NCBI GenBank assembly: GCA_039801885.1
Contig: JBDRVN010000003.1
Location: 3-64,002, forward strand
DNA: 64,000 bases
Direction: 5' to 3'
From: a candidate division WOR-3 bacterium
Lineage (GTDB): Bacteria > Hydrothermota > Tepidihabitantia > Tepidihabitantales > DTDR01
Shown: piece after piece, positions 38,824 through 48,208 of the stretch
Layout of the letters: the number at the start of each line of letters is the position of its first letter
Numbering within the stretch: position 1 is the first letter of the stretch
The notes under the pieces: model-generated
What the model saw: the letters and a program-made list of their open reading frames with translations, nothing else
What the model was told of the DNA's origin: nothing
The model's database searches: none
Translations under genes and position numbers: made by a program

Positions 38824-38940
38824 TGTACGGATAATAATACCTTTATTAATGCGGATAATAAAATCTTTATTAATACGAATAACATTCGCTTTATTAATGG
38901 TAATAATATTTGGTTTGTTAATGACTTTAATATTAAGTTT
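38824..38940. repeat. Tandem array of four to five roughly 24-bp degenerate direct repeats (core CTTTATTAAT-N3-ATAATAA, each an imperfect palindrome)
   Basis: Units: GTACGGATAATAATAC / CTTTATTAATGCGGATAATAAAAT / CTTTATTAATACGAATAACATTCG / CTTTATTAATGGTAATAATATTTGGT / TTGTTAATGACTTTAATATTAAGT. Confidence 0.6.
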
Positions 38941-39048
38941 ATGTTTGAGAATTGAGTGGAATTTAAATAACCTACTAAGGTAGTGCTATATAGATGAAAC
39001 TCAGGGATATTTTTGGGTATCGATAATTAGTCAGAGAAATCGAAGTTT

Positions 39049-39076
39049 TTGACATTAAAGAGATTTAAGATATAAT
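39049..39076 (+). promoter_or_regulatory. metK promoter TTGACA-16-TATAAT with a conventional leader and AAAGGAG SD
   Basis: TTGACA at 39049-39054, TATAAT at 39071-39076, ATG at 39099. Confidence 0.5.
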
Positions 39077-39098
39077 TTTTTATAAAAAGGAGTTTAAA

Positions 39099-40262
39099 AT
39101 GAGAATAGATTTTTTTACATCAGAGTCAGTAACTGAAGGGCATCCGGATAAGATTTGTGACCAAATTTCGGATGCTGTTTTAGATGAAATTTTAAAACAG
39201 GATGAATATGCGCGGGTTGCCTGTGAGACTTTTGTTACAGTAGGATTGGTAATTGTGGGTGGTGAAATAACTACTAAAGGTTGGGTGGATTTACAAAAAA
39301 TTGTTAGAAATCTATTAAAAGAGATTGGTTATACTAGTACTGAATATGGATTATCCGCTGATAATTGCGCAATATTAAATGCGATCGGTACCCAATCGCC
39401 AGATATTGCTATTGGTGTTGACCGGGGAGGAGCCGGTGACCAAGGTTTAATGGTTGGGTACGCTACACGAGAAACAAAGGAATATATGCCTTTGCCAATT
39501 GTTTTGGCTCATAAGTTGACAAGAAAATTGGCGGAGGTAAGAAAGAAAAAAATTTTGCCTTATTTAGGACCGGATGGTAAATCACAAGTAACGGTCGAAT
39601 ATCGTGACGGCAAGCCGGTAAGAGTTGATAGCGTAGTAATTGCTGCTCAACATACTGAGGAGGTTCTTGATAAAACTGGTGAGAAAATGAGTGAAGAGGC
39701 AAAAAGAGAAATTATTGAGAAGGTAATAAAAGTAGTTATTCCGGAAGAATATATAGATAAAAATACTAAGTTTTATATAAATGAAACGGGCAAATTTATT
39801 ATCGGTGGACCCCAATCGGATACGGGAATGACCGGTAGGAAAATAATTGTTGATACTTACGGGGGTAAAGTAAGGCACGGAGGAGGTGCTTTTTCGGGTA
39901 AGGACCCCACAAAGGTTGATCGGAGTGCTTCTTATATGACAAGATATGTAGCAAAAAATTTGGTAGCAAGCGGCGCTTGTGAAGAAGTGGAAATTAGTGT
40001 TGCCTATGTTATCGGTCGACCAGAGCCGCTTCATATTAGTCTAAATACTTTTAATACCGGAAAAGTAAAAGATGATGTTCTTTTGCAATTGGTAAAAGAG
40101 ATGTTTGATTTCACACCAAAAGGAATGATTGAGCATTTGAAATTAAGAAGACCAATATATTTACCTACTGCTTGTTATGGCCATTTTGGTCGGAATGAAG
40201 AAAATTTCACTTGGGAAAAATTAGATAGGGTTGAAGAAATAAGGAAAAAATTAGGAGTTTAA
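39099..40262 (+). CDS. metK: S-adenosylmethionine synthase
   Basis: [30 protein letters not shown] and the DRSASY motifs. Confidence 0.95.
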   Translation: MRIDFFTSESVTEGHPDKICDQISDAVLDEILKQDEYARVACETFVTVGLVIVGGEITTKGWVDLQKIVRNLLKEIGYTSTEYGLSADNCAILNAIGTQSPDIAIGVDRGGAGDQGLMVGYATRETKEYMPLPIVLAHKLTRKLAEVRKKKILPYLGPDGKSQVTVEYRDGKPVRVDSVVIAAQHTEEVLDKTGEKMSEEAKREIIEKVIKVVIPEEYIDKNTKFYINETGKFIIGGPQSDTGMTGRKIIVDTYGGKVRHGGGAFSGKDPTKVDRSASYMTRYVAKNLVASGACEEVEISVAYVIGRPEPLHISLNTFNTGKVKDDVLLQLVKEMFDFTPKGMIEHLKLRRPIYLPTACYGHFGRNEENFTWEKLDRVEEIRKKLGV

Positions 40263-40265
40263 ATT

Positions 40266-41522
40266 ATGAAATTTCATATTAAAGACATCAATTTAGCACC
40301 AATTGGTAAAAAACGGATTGAGTGGGCAGAAAGATTTATGCCGGTTTTAAGATTAATTCGCGGAAGATTTTTAAAAGAAAAGCCACTAAAAGGTGTAAAA
40401 ATTTCTGCTTGTCTCCATATTACTACCGAAACTGCCAATCTCCTTTTGACTTTAAAAAAAGGCGGAGCGATTATTAGAGTATGTGCTTCTAATCCTCTTT
40501 CTACTCAGGACGAAGTGGCAGCCGCAATCGTGAAAGAGATGGAAATACCGGTGTTTGCTATTAAAAATGAGGATAGAAAAACTTACTATACTCATATTCA
40601 TCAAGTTTTAGAACAAAAACCAGATATCACTATTGATGATGGTGCCGATTTAGTTTCAACCTTACATAAAGAAAAAAATGGTTTTATTGAAAAGGTAATT
40701 GGTGGAACAGAAGAGACCACGACCGGAGTTGTTAGATTGAAAAATATGGAAAGAGAAGGTGTTTTAAAATATCCGATAATTGCGGTGAACGATTCTTATA
40801 CTAAATATCTGTTTGATAATCGTTATGGAACCGGTCAATCAACAATTGATGGAATTTTACGGGCAACAAATTTTCTTTTTAGTGGTTCAACCGTTGTCAT
40901 TTGTGGCTATGGTTGGTGTGGTCGGGGTGTGGCAATGCGAGCAAAAGGAATGGGTGCCAAAGTAATAATTTGTGAGGTAGACCCAATTAAGGCGTTAGAA
41001 GCAAAAATGGATGGTTACGAAGTAATGAAATTAGATGAGGTTTCAAAGATTGGTGATTTGTTTATCACCGCTACTGGCAATGTTAATGTGATAAGTAAAA
41101 AACATTTTCTTTTAATGAAGGATGGTGCAATTTTATGTAATGCCGGACATTTTGATGTGGAAATTGATAAAAAGGGATTAAGAGAAGTAAGCATTAAAAA
41201 AAGAAAGATAAGAGAATTTTGTGAAGAATATTTATTGAAAAATAAAAAGAAGATTTATCTTTTAGCTGAAGGGAGATTGGTAAATCTTTCTTCAGCCGAG
41301 GGTCATCCGGCAATGGTAATGGATATGTCCTTTGCTAATCAAGCCTTGGCTTGTGAATATTTAGTAAAAAATCATAATAAATTAGAAAAAAGGGTTTATA
41401 AGTTACCTATAGAAATTGATAAAAAAATTGCTTATTTAAAATTAAAATCAATGGGAATAAAAATAGATAGGTTAACAAAAGAACAGGAAAAATACCTTAT
41501 TTCTTGGCAATTAGGGACCTAA
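40266..41522 (+). CDS. ahcY: Adenosylhomocysteinase
   Basis: NAD-binding GYGWCGRG and the IEWAERFMPVL N-terminus. Immediately follows metK. Confidence 0.9.
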   Translation: MKFHIKDINLAPIGKKRIEWAERFMPVLRLIRGRFLKEKPLKGVKISACLHITTETANLLLTLKKGGAIIRVCASNPLSTQDEVAAAIVKEMEIPVFAIKNEDRKTYYTHIHQVLEQKPDITIDDGADLVSTLHKEKNGFIEKVIGGTEETTTGVVRLKNMEREGVLKYPIIAVNDSYTKYLFDNRYGTGQSTIDGILRATNFLFSGSTVVICGYGWCGRGVAMRAKGMGAKVIICEVDPIKALEAKMDGYEVMKLDEVSKIGDLFITATGNVNVISKKHFLLMKDGAILCNAGHFDVEIDKKGLREVSIKKRKIREFCEEYLLKNKKKIYLLAEGRLVNLSSAEGHPAMVMDMSFANQALACEYLVKNHNKLEKRVYKLPIEIDKKIAYLKLKSMGIKIDRLTKEQEKYLISWQLGT

Positions 41523-41528
41523 AAATAT

Positions 41529-42437
41529 TCATTCTCTTATAAAAATGGGAATTTGGTAGAGATGATAAACAAATTTTTCTTTGAAATAAAAGAGGGTTTG
41601 GAGAGTTAAAGTCTCAATTGTTAAGTAGTTTAATCCTTTTTTAGTCGGTTTTATTTTTAAATAAAAAATATTATTATCTTTTTTGAATAGAAATCTTTGA
41701 TTTAGATGAAGAAAGAGAAGATAATCCTTTAAACTATCTTTTTTTAATTTTATCTCAATTGTGATTGAATCATTAATAGAAAAATTTGGTATTTCTTCTA
41801 AAGAAAAGAGATTTTGAAAGAAACCGGAGTCAATAGTAATTGAAAATCTATTTTTTAGATTGATAAAATCAATTTGTGGAGCAGTATCTAAATTTGGGAA
41901 AAAAGATTTTGTCGGTGAAATTTTGTAAAATTGATATTCACCATTTTCTTTTCTTAGAATAATCTTTTTTCTCGCGCAAATTGGATAGATTTTTTCGTAT
42001 TCTTTTATGCCGTAACTAATTTTCCTAATACTTTCTAAAACACCAGTATCATTAAAAAATACCTGCCAAAGAGAATCATATTGAATAATTGCTATTGTGT
42101 GACGCATAGAATCTAAATGGCTAATTTCACAAAAGGTATCTTTATTTTCAACGAAAAATCTTAATGAATCAAAAGAGAAGGTATCGTAACTTATTCGATA
42201 AAAACCAATAAGATGAGTGATTTTTTCAAAGACTTTTTGATTTTGGTAGATAGTATCGGAAGAAAGAAGAGAAGAAGAATAAAAGAAATCTATTGGTCTT
42301 TTTTCTAAAAAAGAATAAATCGAAATAATTTCTTTATTCTCTTTTAAAAATTGTTTAACTAATTCTTTATCATCCTCAAAAATATTTTTCTTTTGGCAAA
42401 AGATAAAAAGAATTATAAAAAAGAATATTTTCTTCAT
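41529..42437 (-). CDS. Hypothetical exported protein/lipoprotein
   Basis: N-terminal MKKIFFFIILFIFCQ signal-like segment. No recognisable domain. Confidence 0.4.
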   Translation of the reverse strand: MKKIFFFIILFIFCQKKNIFEDDKELVKQFLKENKEIISIYSFLEKRPIDFFYSSSLLSSDTIYQNQKVFEKITHLIGFYRISYDTFSFDSLRFFVENKDTFCEISHLDSMRHTIAIIQYDSLWQVFFNDTGVLESIRKISYGIKEYEKIYPICARKKIILRKENGEYQFYKISPTKSFFPNLDTAPQIDFINLKNRFSITIDSGFFQNLFSLEEIPNFSINDSITIEIKLKKDSLKDYLLFLHLNQRFLFKKDNNIFYLKIKPTKKGLNYLTIETLTLQTLFYFKEKFVYHLYQIPIFIRE

Positions 42438-42440
42438 AAA

Positions 42441-42477
42441 TAAAAAGGGGAGACAGATAAAAATTCCGCCTCCCCTT
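42441..42477 (-). terminator. Rho-independent terminator for the upstream BNR-protein gene
   Basis: Minus strand reads AGGGGAG-gcggaatttttatctgt-CTCCCCT-TTTTATTTAT. Confidence 0.6.
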
Positions 42478-42491
42478 TCCTTTTGAGGTTT

Positions 42492-44234
42492 TTAGTTATT
42501 GATTATTAACTTATATCTTTCGGTTAGATTATTTATCTTTATGGTTAAGAAGTAGATTCCATTTTTCAATTCTTTTGGAATTCGGAATTGATAATTGTGG
42601 CTTCCTTTTGGAAGATTTTTATTTAATACATTCATAGTTACTCTACCATTAATATCAGTTAAGGAGATATTTACTTTTGTTTCTTTTTCTAAATTAAGTG
42701 AAAGATAAGCGCGATTCCTAATTGGATTAGGATAAACTTTTAAAGCAAATAACTTATTACCTTTTGTTTCGGCAATACCAGTTTCTAAATATTCTCTCGG
42801 AAACCGGTGGACAACAAATGGGCTCATAGACATTGCACCTTCGCCTTGGACATAAAAACCAGAAACTAAATCAACTAGATAAACAATCCAACACATATCA
42901 TCAACGATTGGAGCTAAGAATGGGAAACGTTTAGAAGTTTGGTCAGGTTCGGTAATTCTCTTTGGTGTTGCCCAGGTCAAACCACCGTCAGTAGAAGCCG
43001 TTCCCCAAATATCCGCTCTTAGCCTTTCGGTTGTTGGCTCATAATTTACTGGATCAAACTGTTCCCAAACAACATAAAGATTTCCGTTCTGTAAGTTTTG
43101 GCCGATAGATGGTCGACCAGCAAAAATAGCATTATAACCAACGCTTGCGGCTAAGGTGTCAGGCATAATTCGGCAAATCCTTGTTAATTCCGGATTTCTT
43201 CCTGGAACATAATGCCACATTTCAACAGGAATTACTCTGCCAGTATCTCTTATATTAGGTGTGAAACAAAGAACGAAATTAGGTCTGTTTTCTCTATCAA
43301 AGAAACCGCCAACCGAAGGTATCCAAAGTTCGGGTAATGTTTCACTTCCTGGTGTAAAAATTTCTGGATACGGGAAAGGAATTACATCACTCCAAGTTTC
43401 ACCGCCATCATTTGAAATTCTATAAGCACCACTATCCGGTCCTGTGCCATCCCATTCTGTCCAGAAAATTACTACTTTATCTGTGGTTTTTGACGCAAAT
43501 ATACCTTGGGAACCCCCTAAGGGAGCAATTGGTTCTCCCGGTTCAGGAGCAATCAATCTTGGTTCTTCCGGAGTTGGCCAATCGCGCATTCTAATATAAA
43601 AAACTCTTTCTCTTGCTCCTCCTGGGTCATCTTCAACTGCTGCTACGTGAATCCAACCGTTACTTGTTATAGCAATGGGTGGCCATAAATAACCTTCTTG
43701 GCAATCACCATAATCAAAGATTCCTTGTCCGGGAGCAATATCTTTTGCAATTCTTGGAACGAGATATTGAGTGCCGGCAACATGTCCAACAATAAATTCG
43801 TTTCCTTCCATTGGGTTAACATCAATATTCCCAAAACCGCAACGGGCATTAATTGCGTCAATCCCATCTTGACGAAATGCCCAAGACTGGGTAGCACGAA
43901 CGTAGAAATTATATCTCATATTTCTGTCGGGAAAATTAGATGGTTGGAGAGAAGTTATTCCTGTCACATGAACACCGCGACCTGGATCGTTATAAATTCT
44001 TTGCCACATATGGCTATTAAACTGCCAGTCATAAGTTGAAAAGAAAACAGTATCTACTCTGCCAACCGGTTGCCAGGTAGGAAGAGGGGTTCTTTCTTTA
44101 ATTATTTTCGTTTCTTTTACTTTTGGAAAATCGGCTTTCAATTCGGGAGGAAGAGCTTTTATAGGAATTAAATATTCTTTAGGAAGGGCAAATACAATTA
44201 ATAAAGGAATAAAAATAATTAATAATTTGCGCAT
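42492..44234 (-). CDS. Secreted BNR/Asp-box repeat (sialidase-like beta-propeller) protein with T9SS C-terminal sorting domain
   Basis: Signal peptide. Asp-boxes SNDGGETW and STDGGLTW. C-terminal KVYPNPIRN...DINGRV...NGIYFLTIK...K pattern. Confidence 0.65.
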   Translation of the reverse strand: MRKLLIIFIPLLIVFALPKEYLIPIKALPPELKADFPKVKETKIIKERTPLPTWQPVGRVDTVFFSTYDWQFNSHMWQRIYNDPGRGVHVTGITSLQPSNFPDRNMRYNFYVRATQSWAFRQDGIDAINARCGFGNIDVNPMEGNEFIVGHVAGTQYLVPRIAKDIAPGQGIFDYGDCQEGYLWPPIAITSNGWIHVAAVEDDPGGARERVFYIRMRDWPTPEEPRLIAPEPGEPIAPLGGSQGIFASKTTDKVVIFWTEWDGTGPDSGAYRISNDGGETWSDVIPFPYPEIFTPGSETLPELWIPSVGGFFDRENRPNFVLCFTPNIRDTGRVIPVEMWHYVPGRNPELTRICRIMPDTLAASVGYNAIFAGRPSIGQNLQNGNLYVVWEQFDPVNYEPTTERLRADIWGTASTDGGLTWATPKRITEPDQTSKRFPFLAPIVDDMCWIVYLVDLVSGFYVQGEGAMSMSPFVVHRFPREYLETGIAETKGNKLFALKVYPNPIRNRAYLSLNLEKETKVNISLTDINGRVTMNVLNKNLPKGSHNYQFRIPKELKNGIYFLTIKINNLTERYKLIINN

Positions 44235-44245
44235 TTTTCCTCCTT

Positions 44246-46078
44246 TTAATTTATTATTATTTTTTTCTTATATATTTTCTTTCCGTCATTAAATAGGCAA
44301 AAATAAGTGCCTTTTCTTCCCTCAGCATCCCAAGTTAATTTATAATTTCCTTTTTCTTTTGTCGTATTTTCTAAAATTTCTACCATTTTACCACTAATGT
44401 CAAAAATAGCAATTGTTATTGGTGAAGATTTTGGTAGTGAATAGATAATATTGATTTTTTTACTCGCTGGATTAGGAGAGATAAAAAAATTGGGTTTTGG
44501 AGAATATTTATTATTATTTTCCGCAATACCAACTTCCACAAGTAAAGAGCACGGAACTCGGAAATAAAGAACTGGGTTATTAGTAACTACTCCTTCTTGC
44601 TGTGGAACACCACCAGCATCTTTATCATTAATATAAGTAATATGTAAATGATTGTTGACTGTAAAAGGTGCTAAGGAAAAATAGTCATCATCTTCACACA
44701 TTCCGGGAGGAGCTCCGGGACTCGGTGTGTTTGTTAAATTTAATACTTCACCAATTCTTCCTTTTACTCCCCAAGTTCTTCCACCATCAGTAGAAACTGC
44801 GGCATACAATTCTCCGTTTATTCTTCTTCCTTGAGAAATGTCATTGGTATCTAAATTACCAACCCAGACACAATAAAGATTTCCATAATTATCAATAGCT
44901 AATTGTGGTCTATCAGCCGGTCTTCGCCAAGCATCATTATTAACATTGGGATAAGGCGAATACCACCAGGAATCACCAACTACTTGTAAATGTCCGATAC
45001 CGGATACCAAAGTTATTCCAGTTTCTTCACTCCAATGTCTAATTCTTGAAAAGCCAGGATAAGTTGCTGGCCCTTGGCTACCAACCATTGATAAGATTTC
45101 TGTCCAAACAACGTGTAAATTGCCATCTAAGTCATAAATGGCATCACAATCAGCATAAGCAAACTCGTGGGGCAATGTATCTGTTGGATATTGATAATTT
45201 GTAATTTGTCTTGGTGGTTGCCAAGTAGTACCTCGGTCATAAGATTCTCTTATCCAAACATTTTGTAAAACTTGCGAATGTCTTTCCGGTAAATCAGAAG
45301 TATAAGCAATGACAACTTTGTCACCATCGGGTTGGGCATATATATCACCAGAGAGACAAGCCATTACTGTATCGTTCATTATCGGCATCCAGTTAGTAAA
45401 AGTATTACCGCCATCTGTGGAATGAGAATAATAGAAATCTTCTGAGGCACCAGCAGTTGGTGGTCTTCCGTATCCTAAGACATGAATAATTCCGTTGTTA
45501 CCAATCGTACCGTGAGGCCAAATAATTTCGTGCCCATAGGGCGAAAGATTTTCGTCCGGTTCAATTGGATCACCGAATATTCCTGTTTGGGGAGCAATTT
45601 CAATTGTTAAAGCACAATAACTTACACCTTCCCTTGTATGATGGAAAAAGCAACAAGATTTTCCATCAGGTAACATTCCAAAAGTTACGTATCCTGCTCG
45701 ATAATTACCGCTTGCTTGGACACCCATTCCTAATCGGACAGTGTCATCAAAATAGGCGTTATAATAACAATAGCGATTAGGATAAGAAGAATTTGAATCG
45801 GGCGAGTGCATCCAATCAAATCCCCAAGTATTGTTGGCAAATTCTATTCTTGAACCAAGGGTGCCGTTAGACTGATAATCAATAAATGTTTTAGAAAGAA
45901 GTGTTCCTGGCGAAATAGTAAAACCAGGAGAAATAATAACTGGTAAAGAGATTTTTTCAAAACCGGTGGAAAAGGGAAGAGGAGAATAAAGTTGCCGATA
46001 TTGAGGAGTCAAAAATTCATTTTTTGGTAAAGAAAATAAAAAGGAGATTAAAAAAATAAAAATAATCATTTTTTTCAT
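44246..46078 (-). CDS. Secreted BNR/Asp-box repeat protein with T9SS C-terminal sorting domain (paralog)
   Basis: Asp-boxes STDGGNTF, SYDRGTTW and STDGGRTW. C-terminal ISPNPASKK...FDISGKMV...GTYFCLF pattern. Confidence 0.65.
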   Translation of the reverse strand: MKKMIIFIFLISFLFSLPKNEFLTPQYRQLYSPLPFSTGFEKISLPVIISPGFTISPGTLLSKTFIDYQSNGTLGSRIEFANNTWGFDWMHSPDSNSSYPNRYCYYNAYFDDTVRLGMGVQASGNYRAGYVTFGMLPDGKSCCFFHHTREGVSYCALTIEIAPQTGIFGDPIEPDENLSPYGHEIIWPHGTIGNNGIIHVLGYGRPPTAGASEDFYYSHSTDGGNTFTNWMPIMNDTVMACLSGDIYAQPDGDKVVIAYTSDLPERHSQVLQNVWIRESYDRGTTWQPPRQITNYQYPTDTLPHEFAYADCDAIYDLDGNLHVVWTEILSMVGSQGPATYPGFSRIRHWSEETGITLVSGIGHLQVVGDSWWYSPYPNVNNDAWRRPADRPQLAIDNYGNLYCVWVGNLDTNDISQGRRINGELYAAVSTDGGRTWGVKGRIGEVLNLTNTPSPGAPPGMCEDDDYFSLAPFTVNNHLHITYINDKDAGGVPQQEGVVTNNPVLYFRVPCSLLVEVGIAENNNKYSPKPNFFISPNPASKKINIIYSLPKSSPITIAIFDISGKMVEILENTTKEKGNYKLTWDAEGRKGTYFCLFNDGKKIYKKKIIIN

Positions 46079-46092
46079 ATTTTCCTCCTTTG

Positions 46093-46710
46093 TTACTTTA
46101 ATCTAAATTTATAAGGAATACTTACCCAAACTCTTACTGGCATATCTCTTTGCTTTGCTGGTGTAAATTTTGCCTGTCGGGCAGCATCCATTGCCGCCTT
46201 ATCTAATTCCGGATTTCCTGACGATTTTAAAATTCTTACATCAGCAATACTTCCATCTATATCTACCAAGGCTTCCACCACTACATCGCCTTCATGACCT
46301 AATTGGCGAGCAATTTCTGGATAAACCGGTTTTGGTAAATAAACCTCTTTTGGTTTTACTTCTACTTTCCAAAAAGGAACAATAGGTATTTCTGTCTCTT
46401 CCGTTTTTCTATATATTTCAGTAAATTCAGTTTTTCCAATGGAAGTAACTTCTTCTGCTTCTTCGCCAGCTTGTGCTTCTGAAACTACCGCAATTTTGGG
46501 TCTTTCTACAGGTGGCGGCTCAGCAATTTGTTCTAACTCAGGAGGTAACTGTTCTAAAATAGTGCCTACTTCTTTTTTAGGAATATAGGGACGATAGAAA
46601 AATTCTTTAGGAAAAATTATAAAAACCAATAAGACAAATGCTAGAGCTATTATTAAACCAACCCGAAACATTATTGAATAATATTCATCCCATTCAAAAA
46701 CTTTATTCAT
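46093..46710 (-). CDS. TonB-family energy transducer
   Basis: N-terminal TM, Pro-rich linker (PPELEQIAEPPPVERP), and C-terminal TonB domain ending VSIPYKFRLK. Start set at the ATG at 46710; the track ORF runs to 46749. Confidence 0.6.
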   Translation of the reverse strand: MNKVFEWDEYYSIMFRVGLIIALAFVLLVFIIFPKEFFYRPYIPKKEVGTILEQLPPELEQIAEPPPVERPKIAVVSEAQAGEEAEEVTSIGKTEFTEIYRKTEETEIPIVPFWKVEVKPKEVYLPKPVYPEIARQLGHEGDVVVEALVDIDGSIADVRILKSSGNPELDKAAMDAARQAKFTPAKQRDMPVRVWVSIPYKFRLK

Positions 46711-46711
46711 A

Positions 46712-47128
46712 TTAACCTCCAATTTTTTTGTATTCGGTAGCAAAAACAACCTTAAAAGCCTGAGCGTCTTTTAACGCTTCTAAAATATCATTTATTCTTC
46801 CGTAATCTACATCGCTATCTGCCATGATCTCGGCTACTAATTCTGGATTATCAGCAATTTTTAAAATCATCACATTAGTTACGCCACTTGGATCTAACAC
46901 ATTATCATCTACTGTGATTTTTCCTGTTTTATCTACCCAGATATGAGCAACATTTCTTCTTTTTATTAATCTTTCAGTCGCTTCTGCCTGCGGTAAATTT
47001 ACTTTTAAACCCATTTCTGTTCTTAAAACCGTAGTGAGCATAAAGAAGATAATCAAAAGGAAAGCGATATCGCCAGTAGAAGCACTTGGTATTTCGGGAG
47101 TTTCTCTTTTAATTAAAAATTTTCTCAT
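46712..47128 (-). CDS. exbD: Biopolymer transport protein ExbD/TolR
   Basis: ASTGDIAFLLIIFFMLTTV N-terminal motif. Confidence 0.8.
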   Translation of the reverse strand: MRKFLIKRETPEIPSASTGDIAFLLIIFFMLTTVLRTEMGLKVNLPQAEATERLIKRRNVAHIWVDKTGKITVDDNVLDPSGVTNVMILKIADNPELVAEIMADSDVDYGRINDILEALKDAQAFKVVFATEYKKIGG

Positions 47129-47130
47129 AC

Positions 47131-47532
47131 CTATTCCTCCTTTACCGGTGTCAAACTAATTTTTTCGGCTTTTGCTAATTTTAATTGGTCAAAGGCATCA
47201 ATCATAATTTTATAAGGAGCCTTCCTAGAGACTTTTAAAGCGATAACTAACTCAGGATTTTTGTTTAATGCTTCTTGGACAATTGATTTAATTTCCGGGA
47301 TAGTTATCTTTTGCTCACCAATTAATACTTCACCATAAGGATTTACGGTTACTATTAAGATATTTTCTTTTTTTACCTTAACTTCAGCTCCTTTTGGTGG
47401 CAAAACGATTTTCAAACCTTTTTCTCGAGAAAAAATAGAAGTTACCATAAAGAAAATAATTAAGAGAAAAGCAATGTCACCAGTAGAAGCTGTAGGAATG
47501 GAAATTTTTTGTCCATTTTTTCTTTTAAACAT
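47131..47532 (-). CDS. exbD: Biopolymer transport protein ExbD/TolR (second copy)
   Basis: ASTGDIAFLLIIFFMVTSIF motif, paralogous to the adjacent gene. Confidence 0.8.
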   Translation of the reverse strand: MFKRKNGQKISIPTASTGDIAFLLIIFFMVTSIFSREKGLKIVLPPKGAEVKVKKENILIVTVNPYGEVLIGEQKITIPEIKSIVQEALNKNPELVIALKVSRKAPYKIMIDAFDQLKLAKAEKISLTPVKEE

Positions 47533-47533
47533 G

Positions 47534-48142
47534 TTATTTTTGCTTTGTTAAATATTCAATTAAAGTAGCTGCTGATGTTTCTAAATCCCGGGTGTAACTA
47601 TTGATCTTCATTTGGTAAAGAATATGAATTATTGCTAAGGGAGCGGCAATCATTAAACCCCATTTAGTTGTGATTAATGCTTCCGAAATTCCTGAGGCTA
47701 CTACTGCTGGTTCCACTTCACCTACTGCCGCTACTGCCGCAAATGCCCGAATCATACCAGTAACAGTTCCTAAAAAACCAAAGAAAGGAGCCACCATAGT
47801 TAAACCACCCATTAAATTCATTCCTCGGTCAAGAAAACCAAGTTCACTAACTCCCGCTCTTGTTACTGCCTCTTCCATTGCAGTTTTTCCTTCTTTTGCC
47901 TTTTCTAACGCCGCCAAAAGAACCCGCGCTACCGGACTTTTTGTCTTTTGACAAAGTTTAATTCCGTTATCCACACCCTCTTTTTCAATTACCGAAATGA
48001 GATCCCGAGTAAATTTTTTGGCATTTAACGAAGCAACAATGAAAAGGGTAATAAATCTTTCAATAATTAAAGCAATACCTAAGATGGCGCAAGCTAATAA
48101 AAACCACATTATGCCACCACCTTTAATGAATTCCTGTATCAT
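47534..48142 (-). CDS. exbB: MotA/TolQ/ExbB proton-channel protein
   Basis: Three TM helices with LMGGLTMVAPFFGFLGTVTGMIRAF, typical of ExbB. Confidence 0.8.
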   Translation of the reverse strand: MIQEFIKGGGIMWFLLACAILGIALIIERFITLFIVASLNAKKFTRDLISVIEKEGVDNGIKLCQKTKSPVARVLLAALEKAKEGKTAMEEAVTRAGVSELGFLDRGMNLMGGLTMVAPFFGFLGTVTGMIRAFAAVAAVGEVEPAVVASGISEALITTKWGLMIAAPLAIIHILYQMKINSYTRDLETSAATLIEYLTKQK

Positions 48143-48208
48143 TTTTCCTCCTTATTTTTATTTCTTTTTAAATAAAATATAAATAAAAATAATAAAAAGT
48201 CAATAAGA

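Noticed and set aside
38824-38940. CRISPR array
   Set aside because: The roughly 24-bp repeats are contiguous and degenerate with no unique spacers. No cas genes are in the window.
38522-39098. SAM riboswitch upstream of metK
   Set aside because: The metK promoter (TTGACA-16-TATAAT) sits about 23 nt before the ATG, leaving no room for a leader. No SAM-I/II/VI consensus elements were found by eye in the intergenic region.
489-48182. Numerous short antisense ORFs in the six-frame track (e.g. 489..680, 4108..4329, 12358..12591, 21291..21473, 47670..47951, 53135..53506)
   Set aside because: All are embedded antisense within well-supported genes, have low-complexity composition typical of AT-rich reverse frames, and lack RBS.
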